A stretch of DNA of 32,798 nucleotides, taken from a bacterium (GTDB lineage Bacteria; JBDRGX01). Positions 32,501-32,798 of the stretch are shown here, piece by piece. Within the stretch, counting starts at the first letter, position 1, and each line of letters begins with the position of its first letter. Below the pieces are notes generated by a model that saw only the letters and a program-made list of their open reading frames with translations, was not told where the DNA came from and searched no databases. Location of the stretch: contig JBDRGX010000092.1 of NCBI GenBank assembly GCA_043817485.1, forward strand, positions 1 to 32,798, given 5' to 3'. Position numbers and translations under genes: made by a program.

Positions 32501-32798
32501 ATGAGGTGCTGGTGAATTGTAAATATGAGAATGGAAATTTATTAAATTCCCCTTTATTAAAGGGGTGGCATTCCGAAGGAATGACGGGGTATAATTAAGT
32601 GATAGCTTTTTCAAGTATTATGAGTTGGAGTAATATGATGAGGTGCTGGTGAATTGTAAATATGAGAATGGAGATTTATTAAATTCCCCTTTATTAAAGG
32701 GGTGGCATTCCGAAGGAATGACGGGGTATAATTAAGTGGTAGCTTTTTCAAGTATTATGAGTTGGAGTAATATGATGAGGTGCTGGTGAATTGTAAAT
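32501..32798. repeat. 137-bp tandem repeat array with double-hairpin core, running off the window end
   Basis: ATGAGGTGCTGG recurs at 32501, 32638 and 32775 (period 137). The two full copies differ at 2 positions. Core: CCCCTTTA-T-TAAAGGGG and CATTCC-GAA-GGAATG. Confidence 0.93.

Noticed and set aside
32501-32798. CRISPR array
   Set aside because: Period is 137 bp, the would-be spacers are identical, and no cas genes are in view.

Overview
Very AT-rich bacterial chromosomal segment, probably from a diderm (it encodes a signal-peptide protein ending in YEF, typical of outer-membrane barrels). It is mostly housekeeping genes on the minus strand: gyrB, dgt-rpsO-rpmH-rnpA-yidD, a DHH/tRNA nucleotidyltransferase, aminotransferase-serA-purA-tRNA-Lys-tRNA-Glu, GAF-HD-GYP, GerMN, pabB-like/lipS2/lipS1/trxB, and ubiA-like/Ser-Thr kinase/UDP-sugar dehydrogenase. 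The plus strand carries a NikMNQO-type ECF transporter with a barrel gene and two GT4 glycosyltransferases. A perfect parS site suggests origin proximity, but the usual oriC neighbourhood is scrambled (no dnaA, dnaN, gyrA or yidC). No phage, CRISPR or intact transposase is visible. Best leads: (i) two type IV pilin-like genes coupled to gyrB, one apparently with a Kelch propeller inserted inside the pilin; (ii) a 137-bp tandem array with a double-hairpin core at the window end, which also occurs as a REPIN-like composite upstream of trxB; (iii) several unrelated REP/MITE-like elements in the intergenic spaces, one truncating an MNT gene and one apparently in-frame inside trxB; (iv) a LipS1/LipS2 lipoate synthase pair in an unusual context. 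All calls come from motif recognition by eye; no searches were run.
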